Origin: Tubiluchus corallicola | Taxonomy: Eukaryota > Animalia > Priapulida | Direction: 5' to 3' | Length of the DNA stretch: 64,000 nucleotides | Assembly: GCA_030141605.1 (NCBI GenBank) | Contig: JAQGDQ010000402.1 | Location: 1-64,000, forward strand | Part shown: positions 41,081-55,088 of the stretch, piece by piece | Numbering within the stretch: position 1 is the first letter of the stretch | Layout of the letters: each line of letters begins with the position of its first letter | Position numbers and translations under genes: made by a program | Notes under the pieces: generated by a model | Databases searched by the model: none | What the model saw: the letters and a program-made list of their open reading frames with translations, nothing else | What the model was told of the DNA's origin: nothing

Positions 41081-41274
41081 ATTATGCACAAGACCGTTCC
41101 CTCTTCGGTATGGAATCTAATATGCCTACTTGATGTGGTATCACTGATATGAAGTACCACTACGGAGTTTAAATAGATGTATCATACATTTGTAATAAAC
41201 GGTACTACATACTAAGATAGGTAGTTAACCTTCAAGATCCTGTACTTACACCATTCAATGTGGTATATAAGCAT

Positions 41275-44200
41275 TCAAGTTTTTAGTGTTATAGGCTTGC
41301 TGTCTTTACTGTAGTCTGGTTTGAATTTTTTGTATCCATTGTTATCATGAAGCAAATACCAAACTAGCAACACAATTAGTCTGTAAAACAAAAAATGAAG
41401 CAATAAATAAAAGCTCATCGGTGCTCTGTTTATTTTAGTATGTAATAATCAAGCACAACAGCTCGGCCAGAGGATTCGGATTACATTATGGACTCTTAAA
41501 TATCGTTCGTAAATTAGACCTCGTACAAACTATACAGAGCATTAGCATAGTCGACACTCAAATTTTCGCTGCAGAGTGGGGTGTGTATTGCCGACGAGTG
41601 ATATCTCATGAAATCAGAATAACTCTGTTAAAGGAAGAAAGGGTGATTTTTTATGTACTACCCCATTTTGAAGTACGGTAAAAAGTACACATTTTAGCAC
41701 CAATAGTACAGGAAATGCGTTTCTGATAATTAAATAGTAGATTAAATTCTTAATTAATGGTGAATGAGTCCAACTATTGACGACATCACAAACTAACGTT
41801 ATTTGTTTAAATGAAAGTCATTCTTTAAAATAGTATGTTTTCTTTCAGCATTTAAAGAATGGGTTGTTTTGACCTATGGTTTAACATTGGATCAGATTTA
41901 GCTACTGGAAGCGCTGAAACGGGTTTCTATAAAATTCTAGGGCCCTTTATTATTCTAAAAGTCATGGCCATTAGTTTGACTATGTTGAATCCGAAACAAC
42001 TGTTACCGGCTCGAAAAATTAGCAGAAATGGTTCAAAAGTCAAAAAAACAAAATGGCTGTAAAGCTTTTGCACAACTATGTAATCTAAATAGAATTACCA
42101 GAAAATGAACGTTAAGAAGCGATTGTTACATCTATTCCAGAACGTTGGACCTAAGTAATCCTTTTCTGTTACTTTCATTTCTAAAATGGTCACGGTTGTA
42201 TTAATCGATTATAAAAACAAAAAAACAAGTTATTTTTATCAATTCGACTTTATTTAATTTAAAAAACCGCTAAACCCCCCAAAAAAGATACAAAAAAGTC
42301 TAAAAAAACTGGAACTGCGCAGTAGGAAAAAACAAAATGGCTGTCTGGTCCTGAACCATGAACAATTGTGCAGCAGAATGGCGAAAAAATTGCTCACTTC
42401 ACCTGAAGATTATGAAACATTAAACAATAAACAATTAGAACTCACCAAGTAAATTAATATTTGTTATGGGGTCAATCGAAAATCCTCCAACGTGGTGGCC
42501 AATTTCAAGATGGCTGCTCTTAGCATACAAAGGCCATAACTTAACTGTTAGAACAGATTTTATTGAGGATTTTGGTGTCTAAATATAGGTTGCTGAAGTC
42601 AAGGAATCCACATTATTCCTGATGTTCTACTGGATAGGTCAATAACATATATATTTTATAATAAGATATAAATATGATATGAACATCACACTTTCAATGC
42701 AAGTTCTGATAAAGATGCCAACAATATAAAACAGACAGTTTAATTAAAAATCCTGAAAACTTAGTATGTACATACTACATAGATAACGTTACCTATAAAA
42801 CAATCTGTGACATTTACCACAACATTAAATTTTGCACAAAGTAGTGCAAACATGACTTGCCTGGACAGATTTACATCTGCCACGCACTTTCTTGCTGACT
42901 GGCTGCAGTAAGTTGTTGACATGCTTCATTTAATGTCCACTAGGTGTGGTTCCCACGTCCACGTCAGTGGACCTCTTCCAACCATAGTCAATTGTAATGC
43001 TAGAGCAGCGATCAGTGCCCTGAGGTAATAGTATCCTGAATGATATACTTGCTGATAGACCACATCCAAGAGTGCGCCAAATGTCGAAAAATTACCTTCA
43101 TTGACCTTCCCTTTCTTGTCAACAGGACTTTACGTGGTTTGTCAACTAATATCAATGTGCTAGCTTAGAACAAGCCATCAATTTTCTTCTCTCTCTCTCT
43201 GTAAATGTTAAAGTTTGGTCTTTTGCTTCTTGCTTTTTGAGGACGCGTGGCTTAAGACATGGCCTTTAAAAGTTAACTATATATAGCCATCTTTTTGGCC
43301 ATCTTGAAAATGGCTGTCATAATGGATACTACTCTAAATACTTGAAAGAGCGAAACGACTCAAATGAGCGAATTCTGTGCTAGACTGTCGGGAGCCCGGT
43401 GGCCATTTTATTTTTTACTCTTTGGACTGTATTAGTCTGTATAGTCCGCTTTGCATTCTCACCAATGCCTAGAAAACTAGTGTTCAAAATTGTTATATTT
43501 ACATGATACGTATCCTAAGACAACTACTTACATAAAACTCAATACTATTCCGATAACGGTAACGAAAAACCAGAAATCTGGAAATGGCGGTGGCGTTGGC
43601 GTTGCCGGTGATTTCGGACATGCGTGAGAAGAATGCAAATCAAAACTCTGGAACACAAAAATTAATAAATTTCATACCAAACTTTCATTCAATAAAACGT
43701 GCGCTATTCAAATTTAACTGATAACTGTATGCCTGTAACTTCAACAATATTGACATTAATTGAAATACTGACACTATTAATTAATTGTCCAGTGAATTTC
43801 AGCCTCAGAATTACGCACAATAAATAAGTATTTAGAATCGCTCTGGTATGAGCGAGCTAACATTGGAAATGATGAATTTGGTTGGGCAAGTTATAGTCAA
43901 CAAGTTAACGGTGCCACCTAGGAAGTAAACATTAAGCTTCTTTAGGCGTTAGCACGCAATAAATCTTAAACAAGCTTATTGTTCTCTATCCAATAAAAGA
44001 TACATTTGACTGCACAAAGGATGCTCATTACGGATGCACATACATTACCGATCTTTTCGTCCACATTTTGTCGTCTAATAAAAATCCCATTACCAAATTT
44101 CAGTACAGTGCATGTATGTACAGGCCAAAATATACAGCCAACTCTTGACGTAAAATAATCGTGAGTGTTATGGTCATTACTCATTGTTTAGTCGAATTAT

Positions 44201-47200
44201 GTTGGTAAATTTTGAATGTTTTTACAGCTTTAAATCTGACGTCGCCGAACAATGAAAATAATAATTATAGACAAATGCAAAGAAGCATCGCTGCTGACTA
44301 AGAGATTTCTTATATTTTTATATTTTGCAGCGCTTTAAAACGCATTGTCTAATTAAACCTATGCGGAGTACATTGCTTCAACGCAGTGTGCACCGATTAT
44401 GCGCTGGAATACAAATTGATGTTCTCACAGCTACAGAGCAAAGCGTTGTCAATCGTATTTTAATTTCGGTGGCATAGGGCATTTTATATATATTTATTTT
44501 ATTATATATATATATATATATATAGAACGTTGTTGCACACGCACCGCTGAGAGCCTTCCCAACCTGTCTTTTGAAGGCGCCTTGGAGTACATCGTTTTGT
44601 GTAGTTTGTATTGGATGCTTATTTTAGATGTGGAATTCTGTTTGCCTGTACTAAGTTCAGCACTCTACACTCGACAAGTGGTAAACCTACCTAATGGTCG
44701 GAACGGAACCTATTCAATTTGATGGTGTAGATATACGTTTCCTCCTTTGACAATATGTGCCGCAATACTAACATTAGGATCGACAAGCATTGTGAAAACG
44801 TAAAATTCTCGATCAAAGATCCACAGACTAAAATCTTATTGGTACAGGTAATTATTATGTATGAATATAGCGGGTACGTAAAGTCATTTATTCCGTTTTG
44901 AAAACTAAAACTTACAATTGTGGTCGTTTCCGTCTCTTCGCCGTTTGCTATGAGCTTATCTTCTATTCCTAGGGATTCGACACAGACCAATTTAACTGTA
45001 GTTTTACTAAAAATACCGCAAAAGCAAAGCTTTAATAGTTCCAATCCCTTTAATAGAGAACAATAGAACAACTATGTCAAAGGAATGCAAAAGCATGTTA
45101 GAAGGGTTGCGTGTTTGCAAGGGTTTATATATAACATGCCTATAATTTAAATGACGCTCTAGAAAAACTGCAAAATAATTAATATTAACTTTTATTGATA
45201 CCTGTTCATTTAATAAATATAAATTATAGTAATTCTCTTTCTTTTTTAATATTTAGTATTCATTTGTTCCAAATGTTACTAATATAGGTACAGTAATAAC
45301 TTTTCAATCGTAATTATAATGAGCACAGCGATAAAAAACGATTGTCAGCTCAGATGGAAAGGTAACCTTGTAAAAACCCGAAGAACTTTTGTTCGGTTAG
45401 TGTTTGATGAAAGAGATTGAAATGAGCAAGATTGAGATGAGCAATTACAAAAGCAAAGCCTTAATAGTTTGAAGAAAACCAAATAACTATGTCAAAGAGA
45501 TGCAATAACACAGTGGTGATGAAATTTATAGTATTGCAAAGCTTTGCTTATAAATTGCCCACAATTTAAATGGCGCATTTCAAAAATTGAAAAAATTAAA
45601 GGTGCATGATGTAATAAAAACACCTAGTTATTTAACTAGAGACAAGATTTATCCTAGGTAGAATGGCGCACAAAGAATTTGTAACTTTTCATGTGATATT
45701 TGCCAAAATGTTAAAAATCTGTTACTTACAAACTAGAAGGAACACCAGTGTATTTAATGGTAACAGCGCCATCTTCAATCACAAATGTTTCTGTGTCTTG
45801 CTTCCCATAGACAAAATAACTAGTGACACCAGCACCCCATATCTGACATGCCTACAGAAATTATAGAATTTAAAAATGCTATAAACATGATAGACCTGTT
45901 AAACATCAAATTTCGGGCCCATATGTTTTCTAGTTTTATAGCAACTTTCTCCAATAATGTGATTGTGATTTTTTACTGCGAAGATTAGGAACACTATTTA
46001 CTTTATTCCAATTTATCAGCTAACTGGAAATAGAGATATGCATCCAATCTCAGGTCTTTCCCATAATAACACGCCACACTTTTCTGGCAATTTTTCTCTC
46101 ACTCTCGATCAAAATAATGAAATTCTAGTAGCAGTAATTACTTAATTATGCAATAAATACAAAGCGCTTTACCCAATAGGTAATAATTATAAACCTATAT
46201 CACATATCTCACTTACTGAAATACTTTTTACTATTATCTGTAAAACAGTAAAGAAATCTATATTTATCCACTCTTATATAATTCACCTCTGGTCTGGTTT
46301 TTCTTCTATAACTCTCGCACATAAGAATGAAATTAATTATGTAACAGTTGCCAAGTGCTTTAGCCAATAGTCATTATAAACTTATCATAGGCCATTAAAA
46401 TACGTTTCATACTAATATCTGTTAAAACTATCTACAATTACCCATTTTCGCATCATAATACACAGTAAGGGTGTAATTACGCAGTTATGTGACTTGTTTA
46501 TGAGAAACTCAAAGAAGTCAAAATGCGTAACTGTAACATCGTTGGTGAAAATTCATCAGCTATTGTATTAATTTATAAACCTAGCCTATATCTATACGCA
46601 AATATATATGTAATAATTGTTCACTGCAGAAACCAGTAAAACAGTACATGTAAATTATCTTCACTCACAGCAACATTATCTTGGCAGGTTGCTTCAACAA
46701 AAGGATAGCAAGGATTGTAAGAATATTTCTGCTGGTCTGCGCCCACTATATCACTCCATCTGAAAATTATTAGGTTTTATTTAGAAAAGTAAAAGTTAAT
46801 GACACTTATTTCATTATTTTCTTATTTATCGTTATGTATTATCCTTTAGCAAAGGAAAATTTGTATACACGCGGCAAAACTGATTAGACATAACAAATGA
46901 GCCAAAATGTTACATTATGCATATGCGCGTCATTTTAATTTTCATTGAAGCCACTTTCGTCAGACCGATTGTGCGCGAAGACATGCTGTGAAGATATATT
47001 TGTGATGATTTTACAGTTAAAAATTTATTCAAATTTTGATATAACAAATCTTTACAGTCTAATCTAGCACGCCACATTACTGTTAATGGTGTGCATATTG
47101 CACCGGTCCAACATTACTCCATCTGAAAATTATTAGGTTTTATTTAGAGAAGTAAAAGTTACTGACACTTATTAGACATGCTAACAGGGAAAAGTTTGCG

Positions 47201-47897
47201 ATGAATTTATTCATGTCTTGGTTTAACAAACCCGTACAGTCTAATCTGGCATGCCACATTGTCCCAAAGCCACACAATTAATGGTGTGTATATTGCACCA
47301 GTACAACATAGTGCAACACTACTGCACATACAATTGCAAATTTTACATGGAAATAAACTGTCTAACATTACATTTCAGTATTAATAAGGCGGATCCTTGT
47401 GTTTCTGTAACTAATGAATTCAACTGATCTATACCATCAGAGAATGCAATAGCCTATTATGTACACGCCATCACGGCTGACGGGTAAACAAGTTGTCCGC
47501 AAGAACAACCACTCAACCAAGTGCTTGACATCCAGCTTCAGGATTCTGGGATATAAAAATCACACTACTTCATGCTTCATATTAGTTTAAATTGAATTTT
47601 GCACCTAGAATTGAGACTAGTTGCAATCGTGATGTTGCTAAATCAAGTTATGAGCAAATGAGAAAACGCTGCACAATCTTACGCTACACACTTTCAATAT
47701 TATATATAGATAGAGCATGAAATGACTCACCTTGGCGTACCTCCTTGCTGTCCTACTTGGGTCAAGTCTATGACGCCTGAACCGTCACTCATTTCACATT
47801 GACACTGGGCAATACGTTTGCATTCTAGCTGACAGTCCACTGCGCAAAATAACATTAAAAAAATGCCCAAAAATGAGCGAATTTCGAGAAAAGACAT
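41275..47897 (-). CDS. MRH-domain type-I membrane protein, CD-MPR-like, copy A with divergent TM/tail (6 exons, ~230 aa)
   Basis: Exons 47731-47897, 46669-46759, 45730-45851, 44916-45006, 43532-43647, 41275-41380 (693 nt). IDLTQVG, YSYNPCYPF, VAACQ, FDLHSSHACP, Pro-rich stalk, TM FWFFVTVIGIVLSFILIVLLVWYLL. The last exon is assigned by phase and TM continuity, not homology. Confidence 0.8.
42460..43330 (-). mobile_element. Degenerate DNA transposon remnant with Cys-rich C-terminus (Academ-like)
   Basis: Frameshifted minus-strand pieces VYQ...YGW...WEP...EACQQL...SKKVRGRCKSVQASHVCTTLCK (about 43070->42830) resemble the Cys-rich zinc-finger tail of Academ-type proteins; flanked by aagatggc/gccatctt repeats. 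Family call from memory. Confidence 0.45.
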
Positions 47898-48555
47898 ACT
47901 GTAATTTTGAATTGCTGTTAATTTTGTTGCAAAAGCATGTGGCGTTTTTCGAAAGCAGTCATACATCTAGTCTTCCAAGTGCACAGCTGTGAATTATCGT
48001 TTCGTACGCTATGTATAAGACATACTGTAAACACGATAAATGTGGTATATTTTACGATGAAACACCTACTTTATAGTGTGATATCTATATAGTACTATAT
48101 ATCTATATAGTATGATATCCTATCTGCTGATATCAGAAAATATTTACTAAGTACTGTGAGTGCAAAGTCCTTTTAGTGAAGAGTAAACATTGCATGTAAA
48201 GTTATAGATCGTGTGATTTATGTTATGAAATTAGGTATCAATGAACGTAATATTAAACAAAAACAAGAACAGATGGCTACTTCGATGACAACTTCATCTT
48301 ACCAAAGATTTGAGCAAGTCAAACCTAAAGTTTCAGCACAACTTAGAATGCAGTTTTCGGTTCTATACTTCTGCCTAAGCCTAAATAGAAACAGAAATGG
48401 AATGCAGCGAGTGTGAATTGTCTAACTCGGCTTTGTAATTAAAAACGCAAACTGTGTATGTAGACCTATAGCACAAACGGAGACTGTAGTTAATGTGTAG
48501 TACATCTTCAGATGTTTATCTGCACAAAACTAGCCAAATAAGAACACGTTCACAC

Positions 48556-48988
48556 CATACGCACACATAACATACGCATATGCGTGTATACATATGCATG
48601 CATACACACACACACGCGCGCGCGCGCGCACGCACGCACACACATATATATATATATATTTATACACGCTCACACATATGCACACCACACGCATACATAA
48701 CAAATATGTAGGCCAATGCTACGTCGTTATTTGTGAAAGGTAAATACTACTAAGAACACGCCAATTATTATGAACATCATTTATTTTCGAACATACACAC
48801 ACACGCACACACACAGTTGTGCATTCCCACAGACATACACACAGGACCCTCAAGCACACGAGTGACTCAATTACTCACACGCTCCCTCATTCAACCCACT
48901 CCGCACTCACTCCACCTACTACCTTAGAATAAACCCTAAGCTGTAATTATGAATAAACTTCAGCACTTGACACACACACGCACGCACG

Positions 48989-49033
<45 letters not shown>

Positions 49034-49085
49034 GCGCATTCCCACAGGCATTCACACAGGACCCTCAAGCACACACGCTCACACC
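48556..49085. repeat. CA/CG/TA microsatellite cluster with a duplicated ~50-bp unit
   Basis: (CA)n tracts; cagttg.gcattcccacag.cat.cacacaggaccctcaagcacac occurs near 48814 and 49029. Confidence 0.85.
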
Positions 49086-49251
49086 AAGGAAACCACACCA
49101 GGGATGACAATCGGTCCGCCTCCTGAGATAAAATGAAGAAACAATCTGGAATTGGGCAGAGCGGGCAGTAAAACCAATCGCGCCGTCTAATCACCTCATA
49201 TATACTCCCGTAAACAATTTTATTACGTGTCTAGTGAGCATTTTTAACGTA

Positions 49252-49424
49252 CCATCCGGATGCGTATGCGTTTCCAACTACGGAATAGCTGCGGAAAAAA
49301 TCAATAGGAGTAGCTGCAGAAAAAGAATAACGCATACGCAAGCTGCATAAACGAGTGCACTGAAAACAATATAAACCGATTTTATCTATTCCTTACCTCC
49401 CAAAACGCATACGCATCCGAATGC
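49252..49424. mobile_element. MITE-like element
   Basis: catccggatgcgtatgcgttt / aaacgcatacgcatccgaatg inverted termini, ~170 bp. Confidence 0.65.
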
Positions 49425-50058
49425 TAGATGAACGTTACTTTATAGTTCCATCTAAACTTACGTGGAATATGATACATCAAGTTAGGTTTTTGTCTAATTC
49501 AGCAGCAGGTAGCTTTTCAACTTTATCTGACCGCGGCAAACGATTTCTTCTCCTAGTTCAGTTCCCATAACAGGGAAACCACATCGGCTCCACTAAATCC
49601 ATTAATCCACTTTTTAAGTGCCAATGCAGAAAACGGTTTAGTTATTATCTGTCTCTTAGTTTTTTTCATCAAAATGCGAAGCCATGTTTGGTAAATATGT
49701 AATTTTTTTTTTTATTTTAGCAATCAAATAAGGCAGACAGTATAAAGCTGTAAACAAGTATATTTGAACGGAGAACCAATCAAGGTGGGTGTGCAACTGT
49801 ACATTATTATTCAGCTGCTCAGAAAGTTACATTAACGAACCCATCGTGTAAGACTGAAAGTGTTTCAACATTATTCCTAGGCAGAAATTTTACCGAGCTG
49901 ACAATGTACAGCGATCATGTTATGCATACGTTAAGTACTATATAAGAAACCCGTTTTATTAACATAGTTTTCTATTAGACACATCGTAACTCATAGTACC
50001 AAATTTAAAACAAAATGTAAAAAAAATGAGCTGTAATTTTTTTTCGTTTGTCGCATCT

Positions 50059-50345
50059 TCACATTTCTTCATAAGTGTTTGTCGGTGATACGAGTTTTGC
50101 CTTCTGTAAAGTGAAAACTGTGCCATCCTGTAATATAAAATAATATAGAATCTCTGTAATGTAAGTACCCTTCGCCACAAAATAAATCGCCAACCGCAGA
50201 AGACTAGAATTTCAAATTAACAAAATAATTATCATTTTATTAATATAAATATTCAGCAGGATATTAAACAAAATGTGAAGAAATGCACTTACTTGCACTT
50301 ATGCAAGATTATGACAAATAGTAAAAATGACACTATACAACCACC

Positions 50346-50401
<56 letters not shown>

Positions 50402-52358
50402 AGACAATGACAATTGATTTCCTTACTTTAACAAGCCCAGGGACAGATAACCAGAACTCTGCATTCGGCACTGCTTCTACGCCACGCGCGTTCCGTACAC
50501 ATTTCATATAGAGAACACCTCCCACTAAATATACGAACAAAAGCGAGAAAAATCTAAAACAAAACAAGCGTACGCGATTAGAGCTTGTATGTAGATTTGG
50601 GTATTACTGGGAAAAGTCTAGTGAAACAGAGAGAATTAAATAATTATAATAAATAAGAAAACTGATCTGAAACGAACAAGTTTGGAGTTTGGAGCTAACT
50701 TAAAAAGGCCCAGTTTAAGGTTTTGCGAGACTACGAAGTATAGAATTAGCTTATTTCAAGCCAATAATGATAGCAATACATTACCCATTTCATTTTTCAA
50801 AATTTTGCATGCGTTAGTGTTATCCGTGAAACTTTATACGTTATTTCATAATATAGACACGTGCTGCTACTGAAACAATATAAAAATACGATTTTACAAA
50901 CTCAAGTTTCCAAATTATGTGTTTCGTAATGGCCGGTCATTTGCGAGTATATCTGCAAACCGTAAAGCTATTCTGTACTGCTTCAAAATTAATAGTCCCA
51001 AATAATGTAAGTTTCACTTACATTATGCATAAAATGCTGCCAAAACTCAAACATTTCTGAGGCGTTATTGGCGTTGGAGTGTGCTGAGGACAAGCTCTTC
51101 TGCTTCTAAGCTCAAAGACCTGGTATACAAAATAGAAAAAACTGAGAACAGTAACAAGAGAATTATTGGTCTAGTGATGAACCATGGCTCTTTTGAATTC
51201 ATTCATTCATAAGTACAAATAAGCGTGTAAACAAATCTCGCTTTATACAAACCACTAACATTTAGTGCATAGTTGGTCATGAAGCAAAAACATAATAATT
51301 ATAGTGTTTTACATTAGCAGTGCGCATTTAGAACAGAATAATGCAGTATATACCATGTTTAATGCTTCAAATAGAAATAAAAAAAGTGATAAAATAAAAC
51401 TGGCTTTCAGCAAAGTAAAAAGGTCGTCATTAAAGTGAAATGTGTGTCGTTAAGAGAGGAAAATGTTCAGCGTCGTTAAAACGAAACCTTGCTAAACGGG
51501 GAGTCGTTAAGCAAGGACTTACTATATGTCTAATTAAAACGCAAAATTGTATTGAAAGTTTGCCTTAGTTTTCTCGGTCCAAAGTTAGAAATATTTAGAA
51601 AAACATTCCAAACTTGCATGTCATTTAATTTTGCTGACGGCCCAATGCTGATTATGGCAGTAATTAATTTTATTACATATCAGTAATAGTAAAACGTGAG
51701 AACATACATTTAATTAAAATTTACCATAATTAGTTAGTTTCCCTTTTATGTATTTGTGGTAAATTTTCAGATAATTATTGTTATTATTTGATTGTTATAT
51801 TAATAATTGTGTCACATCTGCTAAATTTCTAAGTATATGTCTTCGTTTATAAGTATTTGCATGTATGCATATGTATTTGAGTTTATTTGTATTTATATTA
51901 CCTTATTTTTTCTGCACTTCTGCTTGTACATATTTTTGCATTGTGTGAATTCATGTATCAATGTATCAGTTTTAAAAACTGCCTAATCTAAACCAAATAA
52001 ACTATCTTTAAACCAACTAATTAATATAAATGTATACATACATATACTGATATAAAAATACGATACAGTACTTACAATATTTTGACTTGCAGGAAGGGGT
52101 TCAAGAACCTCTACGTGGTCCTTAGTGCCTGGGTTACCACAGATTAGCTTTACTTCAGTTGTGCTGAAAAAGCATAGCCATCCTTAAAAAATATTCAGTA
52201 CATAGAAAGTGCTCTTATTACTAGTATCACTGATTGTTAGATTGATAAATGAGGTGTGACAGGCATCAAACGGTAACATCTTAAACTTACTTTGAATGTA
52301 ATAAGTCAATTTCGACCATGGTCGTCCAAATTTAATTGAAATTTTGAAATAATCTCTC

Positions 52359-52423
<65 letters not shown>

Positions 52424-52668
52424 CTCTCTCTCTCTGTCTCTCTCTCTCTGTCTCTCTTTCTCTCTCCCTCCCAACTATTAATCAAACTTATCCTGGAGGA
52501 TCGCAGTGCTTTACAGAAGGAAAACTACACGGTGCTCCACTGCCACTGATTTTGCAACAACAGCAACAGCTAACCCGTCCACGTCCAGATAGATAAGAAG
52601 ATTACACACCTAATCTGAGAGGTCCGGATGTCGTCTTAAAACCCCTAAAAAATTAGAGAGAGAGAGAG

Positions 52669-52755
<87 letters not shown>

Positions 52756-55088
52756 GAGAAAGAGAGAGAGAGAGAGAGACAGAGAGAGAGAGAGAAAGAG
52801 AGAGAGTGAGAGAGAAAAAGAGAGAGAGAAAGAAAGAGAGTGAGTGAGTGAGAGAGAGAAAAAGAGAGAGAGAGAAAGAGAGAGTGAGAGAGAGAGAGAT
52901 AGATAGATAGATATGCAAATATTGCAAAGCTTTATGAGCAAAGATCTGTCAAAAAAATCTCTTCACCAACTATTATGTCGTAATCATTCCAAAATTTAAA
53001 GGTGTAGTTTATTTACAAAGTAATATAAACTTGGTGGTTACTAAAAAATTACAGTTTTAATAAACACTGTTAAAATCGATCATTTAATTCAATAGTTTAT
53101 CTTATAGTGATAACCACATAAGTGCACATTTCAAAATGGGAAACCGTTACATTTTTTCATGCCTCTTTTGGCCGTGTGTAGCTACTTACAAACCCTCTTC
53201 GCCACTGTATTTTGCCGATATGCCACCATCTTTATTGACGAACGCCTCAGAGGACTGTTTGCCGATTATAGCACATTCAACTACTCCTCCAGTTCCATTT
53301 CCAGATATCTGAATAGCCTGCAAAGAAAACGGTTTTCTGGTTTTAAACAACGCTAATTCTGCGTTTTGACAGGATATTGCAAAAAAGTTCAGTTTTTTTC
53401 AGTTTATTGTAAAAAAATCCTTTCAAAATAAGAAAAATGGCTTATAAAAAGAGAAAGTAACTAAGCGCATAGAAAATCTCTTCAGCTGCCAAGTAACATC
53501 CAAATATAGAAAATCAAAAGTAATGTAGATGTGGCGTAGGTCCGTGACTTCTGATTTAGTAAAAAGGTGATTATTAAATGGCGAAGTGATGGTTTTAGCC
53601 TACGAACGGGTGCATTCGGACGCAGGTTCAAATCCTGACTGGCTTTACACATTTCGAGACCATGTTTCAACATTCATTGAATAAGGCATTAACGTTTATT
53701 AGTTTTAGTGTTTAATATTTATCATGCATATTTATCTTTGGACTGTACTAGCGTGCTCCCTTACCACCCGGTAGGTCGTGGGTTCAACTCTCGACCGAGT
53801 TATGCCAAAGACTTGAAAAATGGTACTGCTGGTTCTTCGATCAAGCACGCGGGTTTATCGAAGTGACATGCGGGTAATAAAAATCGGGACCACCTTGGAA
53901 ATAAGTATTGAGCTTACTTAAGGGTTTATCCTTGGACTATGTCCTAAACGAAATTATTATTATTATAATCAATAAATTAATTAATTGTCTATAACCTTGT
54001 TATTCTTTTTTCTATCAAAAAATTAAATGATACAGTGTCTCCACAATATCTTTTTTCCAAATTTTTTTAAACGACTTTCCGAAAAAGTTAAATAGAAATT
54101 TTCAACTAAACCAGTTAAACATAGAAGAATACGTATTGCGAGAGTTAATTAGTCATGGTCAAGGTGTAAATACATGGGAACGAAGATGATGTTAAGAATA
54201 GAAAGAAGCAAGGAACGCATGCTTTTCTTTAGCGCAATAATGTATTACTAGAAATTAAGTGTTAACACAATACTTAGTGAGTTATTGCAGTTATCAGCAC
54301 AATTATGTACAACAATCTAAGAAAATCAGATTGACACGTTTCATGGAAGTTTACAATAAAGAAACTTTCGAAAATGGCAATTCATGTTCAAAATGAAAGT
54401 AGAAGAAAGAATAATCCTCTTGAGAGACATTGAAAATTTTAGAATGATAACGGACTTTCATCACTGGGTAATCAATGAGCAATGACAATAATCACATTAT
54501 TTTCGCATTTAGAATTAAAATTTCGCATTTAAAATTTCAAGACGCGCCCGGTAGCTAATTTTTGCAGAACTTATACGTGTTACCAAACACTAAATATTTT
54601 AAATACCATTGCATCATCCTTGCAATCGCCTTCTACAAATGGATGACATGGATTAAAGGAATATAGAAGACCATCAGGTCCTTTTAAGTCTGTCCACCTA
54701 AACAAAAGACAAAATTATAGTTAAATATTCATAATTATTCCCCTAATTGATATCACTTCGTTGAATTAAGCTGACATGCCTAGTAGCAGGAAATTGAAAT
54801 GAACTTGCCATAAACGGAACTTATATATTATTGTATTGGACTTTTGGAACTTGCTTAGTACAGAAGTGGAACATAATTTTGCCTCTAGTTGTTAATGAAT
54901 GGACGTTAAAATAAAAACTTTACACACCTGGCTGTTTTGTCAGTATGTCCAATGTCATTTAGATCAATCCAGCTGTAATTACTGAACTCGCATATGCACT
55001 GCTCTGTTCGTTGGCAGTCACTAGCAAGTAGTCCTAAAACTAACATCACCAACCATAACAAAATTAAAAACTTCTCTTGAATGTTCAT
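50059..55088 (-). CDS. MRH-domain type-I membrane protein, CD-MPR/ATG27-like, copy B (7 exons, ~253 aa)
   Basis: Exons 54928-55088, 54607-54697, 53190-53317, 52076-52163, 51022-51119, 50427-50553, 50059-50127 (762 nt). Same intron phases as copy C; [41 protein letters not shown]-terminal YEEM*. Confidence 0.88.
50340..50401. repeat. (CCA)n(ACA)n compound microsatellite in copy B intron 6
   Basis: Directly visible. Confidence 0.95.
52354..52910. repeat. (CT)n tract and opposing (AG)n tract
   Basis: (CT)n about 52354-52467, spacer, then (AG)n about 52654-52910. Confidence 0.95.
53749..53966 (+). mobile_element. 5'-truncated tRNA-derived SINE
   Basis: B-box-like GGTTCAACTC at 53781, then cgagttatgccaaagacttgaaaaatggtac (recalled as resembling the conserved Meta-SINE core), ending in an (ATT)n tail. 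Confidence 0.65.

Noticed and set aside
44691-45071. 126-aa minus-strand ORF as a separate gene
   Set aside because: Read-through around exon 4 (44916-45006) of MRH copy A.
52184-52941. ER- and SL-repeat ORFs
   Set aside because: Translations of (CT)n/(AG)n microsatellites.
53749-53800. tRNA gene
   Set aside because: Only a B-box-like motif, no cloverleaf, and it continues into a SINE-like body and tail.
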